Shown here piece by piece: positions 29,345 to 39,085 of a stretch of 64,000 bases of DNA. The notes under the pieces were generated by a model, which made no database searches, was not told the DNA's origin, and worked only from the letters and a program-made list of their open reading frames with translations. Positions within the stretch are counted from its first letter, which is position 1; the number at the start of each line of letters is the position of its first letter. The translations under genes and the position numbers were made by a program. Source of the DNA: an uncultured Cellvibrionales bacterium (GTDB lineage Bacteria; Pseudomonadota; Gammaproteobacteria; Pseudomonadales; Dasaniaceae); NCBI GenBank assembly GCA_913019905.1, contig CAJVZD010000001.1, positions 42,176-106,175 of the forward strand, given 5' to 3'.

Positions 29345-30013
29345 ATGAATGCTATAAAGATACCGATTTTTGTTTTTTTTGTCGTTGCCATTGCCGGATG
29401 TCAGACGACGCCCTCGACGATTACGCCGCCGCAGGATTGCCCGATCGTCGAGGCAGTCTCCTGCCCAGTTTGTGAAGTACAGGAGTGTCCTAAACCGGTG
29501 GTTGTCGAAAAAATTATTTCTAGCTGCGAAACAACTCCTCCCACGGCTTGTGAAAGTGCCCCGATCGAAACCAAGTACCAAATCATCGGCGAAACGGAAT
29601 GGGCGATCATTGAGCCCGGTGACCTGGTCTTTGAAACCCGTATCGATACCGGGGCCGAGACCTCTTCCATTCACGCCGAAGATATTCAGCTGATTGAGAA
29701 AGACGGTAAACGCTGGGTTCGGTTCAATCTTTCCGATCCTAAAACCGGGGTTAAAATTCCACTTGAAAGACGCCTCCACCGGCGCATAGTGATCAAGAAA
29801 AAAACAAAGGGGGAAAACGACCGCCGTTTCGTCGTGCGAATGTGGGTCACTATCGGAAATACCCGCACCTGGTTGGACGTGAGCCTGTCCGATCGAAAAG
29901 ACTTCGACTACCCACTGTTAATCGGCCGCAATATGCTAATGGACAATTTTGTTGTGGATGTCAGCAGACATCATACATTGCCGAAACCCGCTGACCAAAG
30001 GGCAGGACAATAA
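29345..30013 (+). CDS. RimK-associated retropepsin-like ('ATP-dependent Zn protease') lipoprotein
   Basis: Lipobox IAGC, Cys/Pro-rich linker, RIDTGAETSSIHA, DR..FDYPLLIGRN. Confidence 0.88.
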   Translation: MNAIKIPIFVFFVVAIAGCQTTPSTITPPQDCPIVEAVSCPVCEVQECPKPVVVEKIISSCETTPPTACESAPIETKYQIIGETEWAIIEPGDLVFETRIDTGAETSSIHAEDIQLIEKDGKRWVRFNLSDPKTGVKIPLERRLHRRIVIKKKTKGENDRRFVVRMWVTIGNTRTWLDVSLSDRKDFDYPLLIGRNMLMDNFVVDVSRHHTLPKPADQRAGQ

Positions 30014-30015
30014 GC

Positions 30016-31542
30016 ATGGTCGCGTCAAAAACACAGATTCTGGTCATTGCCGTTACCTTGATTGTTTTTGGCCTTGGCTTGACGCTTTATAAATCAATTA
30101 CCTTAGGACTACCGCTCATTCCCGATCAATACCAGGATGTCTGGACAATTGAGTCGAAAGTCAGTTTCCAACCGGCAGACGGTCCAGTCGAGGTGGCCCT
30201 CTCGCTGCCCGGGGACCACAATGGCTGGGCAAACCTGAATGAGAACTTCTCCTCTTCTGGATTTGGTTTTACCGTTATCGAAGACGAATTAGGCCGCCAC
30301 GCGCGATGGACCAAGCAGACCCTCGACGACCCCGCAACGGTCTACTACAAAATCCAGGTTTATCAACAATCGAGAGAACTAGCTTCGCCGAGCGCGTCGC
30401 CCACGCTGCCAAAACTATTGAAACTCACTGAAGACCAAGAAAAAGCCTTCGCTTTTTTTGTCGGTAATCTTCGCGAGAAATCCGTTGATGATGAAAGCTT
30501 CGTCAGCTTGCTGCTGCAAGAATTCCTCAGTGGCACCACGAACCAGGAAGTACAGTTCATTCTCAACAGCACCCACGTAGGTAAAATCAATGCCATCCTA
30601 CAGCTTTTGACTTTCGCCGGCATTCCAGCACATCCGATCAAAGGCATTGAACTGGAAGACGGCCGCAGAAAGCAAACCCTCAGCGTATTACTCGAGATCT
30701 ACAATGGTAAGCAGTGGGTCGTCTTTAACCCTGATAATGGCGCTTCCGGGTTGCCCGAGGATTTCTTTATCTGGGAGCGCAGCGACGATGCTGTACTCAC
30801 CGTGATCGGCGGGAAAAAATCTAAGGTCGAATTTGCCCTCGTAAACAATAGCCTTCCCCTTCGAACGGTTATCAGCATGGAACAGCAGTCCAATAAATTC
30901 GCCCTATTGGATTTTTCAATCTATGCCCTGCCGGTTGAGCAACAGGGTATTTTTAAAGGCTTGTTATTGATCCCGGTCGCAGCGCTCGTCGTGGTCTTTA
31001 TGCGTGTCTTCGTCGGGTTGTCGACGTCGGGCACCTTCATGCCGATTCTGATTGCCCTGGCCTTGATTCAGACCACTTTACTCGTGGGATTAGCGATATT
31101 TTTGCTAGTCGTAGGGGTCGGGCTTTGGATACGCTCCTATCTCAGCCATATGAATTTGCTGTTGGTCTCGAGAGTTGCGTCCGTGGTCATTGTCGTTATC
31201 CTGTTGATGGCGGTTATCGCCATTTTGAGTTATAAACTGGGTATCGACCAGGCGCTGAATGTGACGTTTTTCCCTACCATTATCCTCGCCTGGACGATAG
31301 AGCGTATGTCCATCTTGTGGGAGGAAGAAGGCGGTCACGAAGTGCTTGTGCAAGGGGGTGGAAGCCTCATTGTTGCCGTGTTGGCCTACGTGGTTTTGGC
31401 GAATCACTATGTTGAACATTTGACTTTCAATTTTCCGGAATTACTGATCACCTTGCTGGGAGTGATTCTCCTGATGGGAAAATACACCGGCTATCGCCTC
31501 TCCGAGCTGTACCGCTTCCGAGAAATGAAAAAGCAGTTATGA
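30016..31542 (+). CDS. Inactive transglutaminase fused to 7TM domain (UUP1 family)
   Basis: DFSIYALPVEQQ, GLSTSGTFMPILIA, FFPTIILAWTIERMSILWEEEG, YTGYRLSEL. Confidence 0.88.
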   Translation: MVASKTQILVIAVTLIVFGLGLTLYKSITLGLPLIPDQYQDVWTIESKVSFQPADGPVEVALSLPGDHNGWANLNENFSSSGFGFTVIEDELGRHARWTKQTLDDPATVYYKIQVYQQSRELASPSASPTLPKLLKLTEDQEKAFAFFVGNLREKSVDDESFVSLLLQEFLSGTTNQEVQFILNSTHVGKINAILQLLTFAGIPAHPIKGIELEDGRRKQTLSVLLEIYNGKQWVVFNPDNGASGLPEDFFIWERSDDAVLTVIGGKKSKVEFALVNNSLPLRTVISMEQQSNKFALLDFSIYALPVEQQGIFKGLLLIPVAALVVVFMRVFVGLSTSGTFMPILIALALIQTTLLVGLAIFLLVVGVGLWIRSYLSHMNLLLVSRVASVVIVVILLMAVIAILSYKLGIDQALNVTFFPTIILAWTIERMSILWEEEGGHEVLVQGGGSLIVAVLAYVVLANHYVEHLTFNFPELLITLLGVILLMGKYTGYRLSELYRFREMKKQL

Positions 31543-32507
31543 TCAACCTAATCTCACCAAAATCACTGCGCTCCCTCGGAATTTTAGGCATGAACCGGCG
31601 TAATATCAGCTTTATCGGCAAGTACAATAAACGCAGTAACTACCGACTGGTTGACGACAAACTACTCACCAAGAAAATCGCAATGGCAAAAGGCGGTATT
31701 CCGGTCCCAGAGCTGTACGGGGTGGTTGAATACCTATTCGAGATCGACGGGTTTCTGGAAGAAATCAAACAGCGAGACAGCTTCGTTATCAAGCCCGTGC
31801 AGGGTAGCGGTGGCAAGGGTATTTTGGTCGTTACCGGCCGAGACGGTGAGGACTTCATCAAGTCCAGTGGTGTAAAAATTGACAGTTCGGATCTGCGCCA
31901 CCACGTCACCAATACCTTAGCGGGTCTTTATAGTCTGGGTGGACGAAACGACCGAGCCATGATCGAGGGGCTAATCAACTTTGATCCGTCTCTAAAGGAC
32001 TACAGCTACGAAGGTGTTCCCGATATACGAGTAATCGTATTCGAAGGTGTACCGCTAATGGCTATGATGCGCTGTGCCACACACAAGTCTGACGGCAAAG
32101 CTAACCTGCACCAAGGTGCCGTGGGGGTCGGGCTCGATATCGCTACCGGCCAGAGTGTCAGTGCCGTGCAAAATGGCGTTCTGGTAACCCGCCATCCAGA
32201 CACCAATGCTGTTTTCGCCAGCCTACGCGTACCCGACTGGGACAAGGTCATTGAACTAGCCGCCGGCTGCAACGAGATGACTGGCCTCGGTTACATTGGG
32301 GCAGACATTGTGCTCGACAAAAAATTTGGCCCGATGATGTTAGAGTTGAATGCGCGACCCGGACTGGCAATTCAAGTAGCCAACCAGGCGGGCCTGATAC
32401 AGCGAATGGCTATCGCTCAGGAAATTGTTGCGAGCACTGACGACCCAGCCCAACGTATTCAGCAGGCAAAAGAGCGTTTTTCAAATGCAGCTCTCGCCAC
32501 TGCTTAG
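31539..32507 (+). CDS. Alpha-L-glutamate ligase-like ATP-grasp protein (RimK-related)
   Basis: GILGMNRRN, VDDKLLTK, KPVQGSGGKG, GVPDIRVI, GKANLHQG, ELNARPGL. Confidence 0.92.
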   Translation: MINLISPKSLRSLGILGMNRRNISFIGKYNKRSNYRLVDDKLLTKKIAMAKGGIPVPELYGVVEYLFEIDGFLEEIKQRDSFVIKPVQGSGGKGILVVTGRDGEDFIKSSGVKIDSSDLRHHVTNTLAGLYSLGGRNDRAMIEGLINFDPSLKDYSYEGVPDIRVIVFEGVPLMAMMRCATHKSDGKANLHQGAVGVGLDIATGQSVSAVQNGVLVTRHPDTNAVFASLRVPDWDKVIELAAGCNEMTGLGYIGADIVLDKKFGPMMLELNARPGLAIQVANQAGLIQRMAIAQEIVASTDDPAQRIQQAKERFSNAALATA

Positions 32508-32602
32508 CAACGGCAGAAATGTCTTTCTTTTCCTATAACCATAGCTGATTTTTTCTTTCATCGTCACGCGCCTGAAATTTCGGCGAGTTCAGGCACAACA
32601 CA

Positions 32603-34486
32603 TCAAAGATCGGCGAGATTTCCTTTAGCCTCTAACCAGGTTTTTCTGTCAGCCGATCTCTTTTTGGCTAACAACATATCTAACGTTTGGTTGGTATCGT
32701 CACCGGCGCTTATCGTTAAGCGCACCAACCGCCGAGTGTCTCCACACATAACCGTTTCTCGCAACTGCAGGGGATTCATCTCCCCCAGTCCTTTAAAACG
32801 CTGTACGCCAACCTTCCCCTTTTTCTTTTCAGCCTCTATACGATCGAGAATGCCCTGTTTTTCGGAGTCGTCCAATGCGTAAAAAACTTCCTTGCCGATA
32901 TCAATGCGATACAGGGGCGGCATCGCGACATAAACATGACCGGCAGTAACCAAAGGACGAAAATGGCGAACAAATAGGGCACTAATCAAGGTTGCAATAT
33001 GTAATCCGTCGGAATCGGCATCCGCCAATATACACACCTTGTGATAGCGCAGCCCAGTAAGATCGTCAGAGGCGGGATCAACTCCGATGGCAACAGCGAT
33101 ATTATGCACTTCTTCCGAGGCAAGAATTTCCTGCGAATCAACCTCCCAGGTATTAAGAATTTTTCCTCGCAAAGGCAAAATGGCCTGAAATTCTCGATCC
33201 CGGCCCTGTTTAGCCGACCCCCCGGCCGAATCACCCTCCACTAAGAATAACTCACCGCGCTGCGCATCATCACTCGAACAATCAGACAATTTGCCGGGAA
33301 GAGCCGGACCTGTAGTAATCTTTTTTCGGGCGACTTTTTTAGATTTTTTCAATCGCGTCTGGGCATTGTTAATACACATTTCTGCGATTTTTTCAGCGTC
33401 TTCTGTATGATGATTAAGCCACAGGGCAAATGCATCTTTGGCAACACCTGAAACAAAAGCTGCCGCCTCCCGGGAGCTCAAACGCTCTTTAGTCTGGCCG
33501 GAAAATTGTGGATCCTGCAATTTGGACGAAAGCACATAACAACATTTATCCCATACGTCATCGGGAGATAATTTAACGCCTCGCGGCAGTAGATTGCGAA
33601 ATTCACAAAACTCTCGAACCGCTTCCAATAATCCTGTACGCAAACCATTAACATGGGTACCACCTTGAGCCGTCGGAATCAGATTCACATAGGATTCAGT
33701 CGTTAACTCACCCCCTTCTGGTAGCCACTGTAGAGCCCAATCAACCCCAGCGGTACTACCGGCAAAGCTACCTACAAATGGCTCTTCGGGAATGACTTCC
33801 CAGGCCTGAGTGCTGCTAGACAAATAGTCTTTCAAGCCGTCTTCGTAAAACCACTCCTCTTTTTCAGCCGTCGCTTCGTCTCTGAACGTTACCCGCAAGC
33901 CGGGACATAACACCGCTTTTGCTCTGAGTACGTGCTTCAGCCTCGGCACCGAAAACTTAGCCGAATCAAAGTAACTGGCGTCGGGCCAGAAGCGAATCTC
34001 TGTGCCCGTATTTCTCTTTCCGCAACTATCAATAACGACCAGGTTTGTCGCTTTTTCTCCGTCATTAAATGTCATCTGGTGTACTTCGCCGCCGCGCCGA
34101 ATGGTGACGGTCAGAGCACTTGAAAGTGCATTGACCACGGATACACCAACGCCGTGCAGACCACCGGAAAACTGGTAGTTGTCGTTCGAGAACTTTCCTC
34201 CCGCGTGCAGAGTACACATAATAACTTCTACGCCCGGCAAGCCTTCTCCGGGGTGAATATCTACCGGCATTCCGCGACCATCATCGATACAACTTAAAGA
34301 TCCATCTTTAAAAACCACTACGTCGATTTGACTGGCATGACCGGCTAGGGCCTCATCAACACTATTATCTATAATTTCCTGTGCTAAATGATTTGGACGA
34401 GTGGTATCGGTATACATACCCGGCCGTTTTCGAACCGGATCGAGGCCCGTCAGTACTTCAATTGATTCAGCGTTATAATCTGTCAT
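32603..34486 (-). CDS. parE: DNA topoisomerase IV subunit B
   Basis: GLDPVRKRPGMY, PNHLAQEIIDNSVDE, VEGDSAGGSAKQ, DADSDG, RFKGLGEMNP; no GyrB insert. Confidence 0.97.
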   Translation of the reverse strand: MTDYNAESIEVLTGLDPVRKRPGMYTDTTRPNHLAQEIIDNSVDEALAGHASQIDVVVFKDGSLSCIDDGRGMPVDIHPGEGLPGVEVIMCTLHAGGKFSNDNYQFSGGLHGVGVSVVNALSSALTVTIRRGGEVHQMTFNDGEKATNLVVIDSCGKRNTGTEIRFWPDASYFDSAKFSVPRLKHVLRAKAVLCPGLRVTFRDEATAEKEEWFYEDGLKDYLSSSTQAWEVIPEEPFVGSFAGSTAGVDWALQWLPEGGELTTESYVNLIPTAQGGTHVNGLRTGLLEAVREFCEFRNLLPRGVKLSPDDVWDKCCYVLSSKLQDPQFSGQTKERLSSREAAAFVSGVAKDAFALWLNHHTEDAEKIAEMCINNAQTRLKKSKKVARKKITTGPALPGKLSDCSSDDAQRGELFLVEGDSAGGSAKQGRDREFQAILPLRGKILNTWEVDSQEILASEEVHNIAVAIGVDPASDDLTGLRYHKVCILADADSDGLHIATLISALFVRHFRPLVTAGHVYVAMPPLYRIDIGKEVFYALDDSEKQGILDRIEAEKKKGKVGVQRFKGLGEMNPLQLRETVMCGDTRRLVRLTISAGDDTNQTLDMLLAKKRSADRKTWLEAKGNLADL

Positions 34487-34885
34487 TTAAAATGTCTTTT
34501 ATATTATCGATGAAATGGTGATCTTTAATTTCGTGTATCTATAGTTTCTTATTCGCACACATGAACGATTTGGCTCTTGCTGGACAGACTGAAAAAATGT
34601 TTACTTTCCAATAACCCGGATAGCTAGCGCTTTTCCGAGATTCCGCATTCAAGAGTCAACACTAGATAGCCAAACTACACCGTGCTTGCGCAACTGGCCC
34701 GACCATAATCTTATGTGAGCATGGTCTTAGCAAACGTCAACATAGAATATTTAATCTCGAACACAATCTATAGTCGTTTTACAAAAAGACGGAGCATACT
34801 CTTTCCAGAGCAGGGGTAAAAGGCCAGTTGATAATAAACTTTCAAGAAGTATTAATAGACGCGCTGCGGCAGTCATTACCACGCT

Positions 34886-35698
34886 TTAGTATCCCCGAGA
34901 TCCGTCCACATCAATAGTTACAGAGAAATCGCTAGCTCTCGAAATACCGGTTTCAATCGCGCCGTCTGGTAACAATGTTAACCAACGATAACCCGGAGAT
35001 TGCCGATCCAGTTTAAACTCTGCGCTGTTGGGAGCAAACTGAATGCAACTGGAGGGTGTTGCCATTAATCGAACGCCCTTGCGTCGTTGGTCAATAGGCT
35101 GGTGAATATGTCCCCACAAAACGCCCCGAATATGGTCAAAGGCATCCAGTACTTCAAAAAATTGATCCGCATTCGACACCCTTTGAGTATCTAACCAATC
35201 GCAACCGATCAAAATCGGATGGTGGTGCAAGCAAATTAGCACATGACTGCCAATACTATTCTGTAACTCCTGCCGCAATATGTTCAATTGCTCAGCGGAT
35301 AAGTGTCCGCCTACTTCGCCTTCGACTGACGAATCGAGCGTCAAAACTTTCCAGCAGGCGATATCAGCGCTCCCGTCTAGTTCCTCGCCGTTACCAATCG
35401 CCTCACCCATTGCGTCGTTCAAGTCATGATTGCCCGGTAACCACAGTGTGTGTTTAGCCAGATTGTCAGTCAAAGATTGAAAACGTCTGTAGGATGACGT
35501 TGAACCGCAATTAGAAATATCGCCCGTAGCCAACAGAAGGTCGACCTGCGGATGTTCCTCAGCAATCAAACCAACGACAGCTCGAAGACTGTCATCGGTA
35601 TTAAGACCCAGTAATTGGCCACCGGCCTGCGCTTCTAAGTGGGAATCAGTGATTTGAATGAGCTTTATAGCCAGAGGATTATTGGGTTCTATTCTCAA
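34886..35698 (-). CDS. cpdA: 3',5'-cyclic AMP phosphodiesterase
   Basis: ITDSHL, ATGD, PGNHD, LHHHP, WGHIHQ, TPSSCIQF; synteny with parE. Confidence 0.93.
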   Translation of the reverse strand: MRIEPNNPLAIKLIQITDSHLEAQAGGQLLGLNTDDSLRAVVGLIAEEHPQVDLLLATGDISNCGSTSSYRRFQSLTDNLAKHTLWLPGNHDLNDAMGEAIGNGEELDGSADIACWKVLTLDSSVEGEVGGHLSAEQLNILRQELQNSIGSHVLICLHHHPILIGCDWLDTQRVSNADQFFEVLDAFDHIRGVLWGHIHQPIDQRRKGVRLMATPSSCIQFAPNSAEFKLDRQSPGYRWLTLLPDGAIETGISRASDFSVTIDVDGSRGY

Positions 35699-35892
35699 GT
35701 GAAGCTATCTCGTCAGGTGATTTTCTAACCGTCATCATGCACTATGTTTGGCACTAGGGATTTTTCATACTGTATAGTATTTAGCTCGCTGATACCAAAA
35801 TAAGCCATTGATCGGCCGTCAATCGGTTGCGTGTCGGCGAGAAACGCGAGTTCGTCAATTAAAGTCAGTTCTAGCACAGAGTTGGCTAATGG

Positions 35893-36438
35893 CTAGCAAT
35901 AAACACTACTCGTTGAGTCATCCAATACATGTCCGTATTGAAGACAGTGACTCAACCATTCACCCAAAAATGTATTCAATTGCGACTTCTCGTTACTTTG
36001 ATACATATTGCTATTGGGATAATCGTATTTTATCTGTAATTGCTGGTGGTTATCAAAGCTAATGACTTCGGCCATTTGTGCATCGTGATATATACGTAGC
36101 GAGAACGTCGGCGGTGTTACCCAATTTTCGACAGTCGAAGGTTCAGCTGCGACTACTGATGCGCCAAATTCACGAGACTGTCTGTCGGTCAACTGCACGG
36201 CCGTCTCCCGTAACTGCAGCGGCAGCGGTTGCTGACTGATGTCAACCATCGTCGTATATTTGCAACGTTCTTTAACTTCCAAACGAAACTGTAAGGGTGG
36301 ATTACCACCTACTTCAACGCCAAATTCCCGAATGTTGATCTCGGACATGTCTGGTAACAACTTCATAATCCGTAAATAGTTCGCTTCACACTCCGCCATC
36401 AGACCAGCCAGATCAATTCTGTATTTCTTGTTCCTCAT
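35893..36438 (-). CDS. DUF1249 (YqiB) family protein
   Basis: CEANYLRIMKLLP, RCKYTT, RIYHDAQMAEV, YPNxxMYQxNEKxQLNxFLGEWL. Confidence 0.9.
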   Translation of the reverse strand: MRNKKYRIDLAGLMAECEANYLRIMKLLPDMSEINIREFGVEVGGNPPLQFRLEVKERCKYTTMVDISQQPLPLQLRETAVQLTDRQSREFGASVVAAEPSTVENWVTPPTFSLRIYHDAQMAEVISFDNHQQLQIKYDYPNSNMYQSNEKSQLNTFLGEWLSHCLQYGHVLDDSTSSVYC

Positions 36439-36646
36439 TAAATTAGACCTACTTATTTATCCTAAAATTTCCCAAGTGTTCTTCCCAAGTACTAAAGTCT
36501 AGCAGCATTATGGAATAATCGGTGACATCCCCCTAACAAAAATTAATGTCATTTCGTCGCGCTTTAATAGGGCTTTGTATAGTTGTTTGCTACAATTTGC
36601 CGCAGTAAGCCCTCCTGATATAATTTTTTGAGCTTAAGGACATTTC

Positions 36647-38044
36647 ATGAAACCAATATTACGCCCAATCATTGCCAGCTTTATTATCTTTACTGGCAGT
36701 ACTTTTAGCTACGGTGAAACCTTGTCAGAGATTTATGAGCTGGCAATCAAGAACGACGCAACCCTAAAAGCCGCAGAAGCAACCTATCGCTCCAATCTTG
36801 AATTCGAAAAACAAGCACTTTCAACTATTCTACCGCAAATAAACGCTACCGCCAGTTACGGTGAACAAGACGAAGACAAAATTGGCTTTAATAGCGAAAC
36901 ACTATTGAGCACCGAAACCACCCGAGAGTCGGATCAAACAATCTACAGTATTAGTCTTACCCAAAATATCTTTAATCTGTCAGCCTGGTTTGGCTTCAAG
37001 CAAGGTAAGGAAACGACCTTACAAGCTAAGGCACAGCTCGCTTCAGATCAACAATCACTCATTGTTCGAGTAGCCGAAGCTTATTTTGATGTATTGAGTG
37101 CGCGGGACAATCTGGAAGCCTCTAAAGCGGAAGAACGTGCGACCAAACGTCAACTGGAACAAACCCAGCAACGCTTCGATGTTGGCTTAATTGCTATTAC
37201 CGACGTGCACGAAGCCCGCGCCGTATTTGATAACACGGTGGTACAACGTCTTACCGATGAAGGTAATCTTGGCACGGCTTACGAGTCCATACAGGTACTT
37301 ACTGGTCGGGAACACGCCAACTTTTGGCAGCTAAATGAAGATTTTCCGGTAGTAGATCCAGACCCGATGTCGAGAAGCGAATGGGTTGACTTCGCACTGA
37401 AAAATAATTATTCCTTAAAGGCTTCACTGCACGCCATGGAAGCAGCCCACCAAAATGCCAAGGCTCGGAAGATGCAGCACGCGCCAACCGTAACCGGTTC
37501 GTATCAGTATTCCGATAATGAAACAAATACCGACCTGACCAATGTGCCAGACGGTGTATTGGATTCTGAATCGGATGGTGCATCCTGGAGAGTCGAATTG
37601 CGGGTGCCGCTATTTTCTGGAGGTATGGTAAGTTCGCAGCGCAGACAAGCCTACGAGCAATACAATACTGCCCTGCAAAACAATATACTGACCCAACGCA
37701 ACGTTGTTAACGGCACACGCGCCAGTCACATCATTGTGGTCACCGATGTGCAACGCGTAAAAGCCCGTTCTCAAGCGATAGTTTCAACCACTAGCGCCCT
37801 CGATGCAACGCAGGCTGGATATGAGGTTGGAACGCGAAATATTGTCGACGTATTACAGGCTCAACGTTCGCTCTACAATTCAATTCGCGATTACGCCAAC
37901 TCTCGCTACGGCTATGTCATAAACATGCTGACTCTAAAACAGCGAGCCGGTATCTTAAGTCCTCAAGACATTTACGATATCAACAAGTGGATGGTTGCAC
38001 CGACAACAACATCTGTGGGCGGCTCGGATAACAACGCCTCCTAG
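36647..38044 (+). CDS. tolC: TolC family outer membrane channel
   Basis: Signal peptide, RVAEAYF, QRFDVGLIAITDVHEA, GYEVGTRNIVDVL; divergent from DUF1249. Confidence 0.92.
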   Translation: MKPILRPIIASFIIFTGSTFSYGETLSEIYELAIKNDATLKAAEATYRSNLEFEKQALSTILPQINATASYGEQDEDKIGFNSETLLSTETTRESDQTIYSISLTQNIFNLSAWFGFKQGKETTLQAKAQLASDQQSLIVRVAEAYFDVLSARDNLEASKAEERATKRQLEQTQQRFDVGLIAITDVHEARAVFDNTVVQRLTDEGNLGTAYESIQVLTGREHANFWQLNEDFPVVDPDPMSRSEWVDFALKNNYSLKASLHAMEAAHQNAKARKMQHAPTVTGSYQYSDNETNTDLTNVPDGVLDSESDGASWRVELRVPLFSGGMVSSQRRQAYEQYNTALQNNILTQRNVVNGTRASHIIVVTDVQRVKARSQAIVSTTSALDATQAGYEVGTRNIVDVLQAQRSLYNSIRDYANSRYGYVINMLTLKQRAGILSPQDIYDINKWMVAPTTTSVGGSDNNAS

Positions 38045-38059
38045 AAATACTTGCCAACG

Positions 38060-38099
38060 AAAAAGAGAGAAGCTCCTAAGGGCTTCTCTCTTTTTTTTT
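38060..38099 (+). terminator. Bidirectional Rho-independent terminator after tolC
   Basis: AAAAAGAGAGAAGCTC-CTAA-GGGCTTCTCTCTTTTTTTTT. Confidence 0.9.
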
Positions 38100-38292
38100 G
38101 GAACGGCATAATTTACAAGGAGGCGATTTTCAACTCTATCATTACGGTAAGGTCGCTACTGTAAGTTCGTTACGACAAACTAATTACAACACATTAACTG
38201 CCAAACAATTGTCATTTTGGATTCATCGTCTCTTGGCCAACCATTACTTGCTCGATTGTCTCTTTAATAGCGGCAAAGATTTTTGAGACCTA

Positions 38293-38976
38293 TTATGAAA
38301 CAACAAGTGTTTCTACGCAGATTAATGAGTCTAAAGTCCCCTTTAATTTATCCCCTTTGAGTAATGGACCCACACCGGCTGGCGTTCCTGTTAACACCAC
38401 ATCGCCCGGCAATAAAGTGAAAATACTTGAAATATCACGCAGTAAGTTAATCACGGAAAACAGCATATCAACGGTATTGCCCAATTGTTGCAGTTGTCCA
38501 TTACGGTACAACTGGATCGGCAAGTCTTGAAGGTCGACACCGTCAACACCGACAAAATTCGACAGCGGACACGATCCATCAAATGCCTTTGCGCGCTCCC
38601 AGGGCTGTCCCTTTTCCTTTAGCTCATCCTGTACATCGCGCAGGGTAAGGTCTAGAGCCAATCCAACGCCCGCAATAGAGCTAAGAATATCCTCGTCTTG
38701 CATGGCTGCTGTTTTTGCCGAGAGCTCAGTTCCGATAAGTACAGCCATTTCTAACTCGTGATGGCAGGCCCCCCTACCCTCGGGAATGGTTACCGTATCT
38801 AACATAGACACTGCCGCAGTGGCAGGCTTAATAAAGAGCAGAGGCTCGTTAGGTATCGGGTTGTTGAGTTCTTTTGCATGGTCCGCATAATTTCGGCCAA
38901 CACAAACAATTTTACCGAGATGATCAGTACAAGTAATGTCGCTGGATAATTGATGACGGTATTTCAAATGATACAC
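38293..38976 (-). CDS. Fumarylacetoacetate hydrolase family protein (YcgM/FAHD1-like)
   Basis: KIVCVGRNYADH, HHELE, DLTLRD, WERAKAFD, PGDVVLTGTPAGVG. Confidence 0.93.
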   Translation of the reverse strand: MYHLKYRHQLSSDITCTDHLGKIVCVGRNYADHAKELNNPIPNEPLLFIKPATAAVSMLDTVTIPEGRGACHHELEMAVLIGTELSAKTAAMQDEDILSSIAGVGLALDLTLRDVQDELKEKGQPWERAKAFDGSCPLSNFVGVDGVDLQDLPIQLYRNGQLQQLGNTVDMLFSVINLLRDISSIFTLLPGDVVLTGTPAGVGPLLKGDKLKGTLDSLICVETLVVS

Positions 38977-39085
38977 CTTTAACTATTTGTAGTGAGGCTC
39001 CTGACTTGTGACGAGTCAAACCATGGAGCGTGCCTTATTCCAATTAACGGTACTTTACATGCCTTTAAACCGCTTTACCTCGATT

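Noticed and set aside
29129-29779. 216-aa antisense ORF and other overlapping ORFs over the protease gene
   Set aside because: Shadow frames of a well-supported + strand gene; no recognisable motifs.
34750-34876. 41-codon minus-strand ORF (MTAAARLLILL...) at the expected yqiA position
   Set aside because: No HGF or GxSxG esterase motifs, so it cannot be called a gene or pseudogene.
38200-38290. Minus-strand fragment KIFAAIKETIEQVMVGQE, faintly like a MoxR ATPase N-terminus
   Set aside because: Too short, no start context and no further motifs; likely chance.
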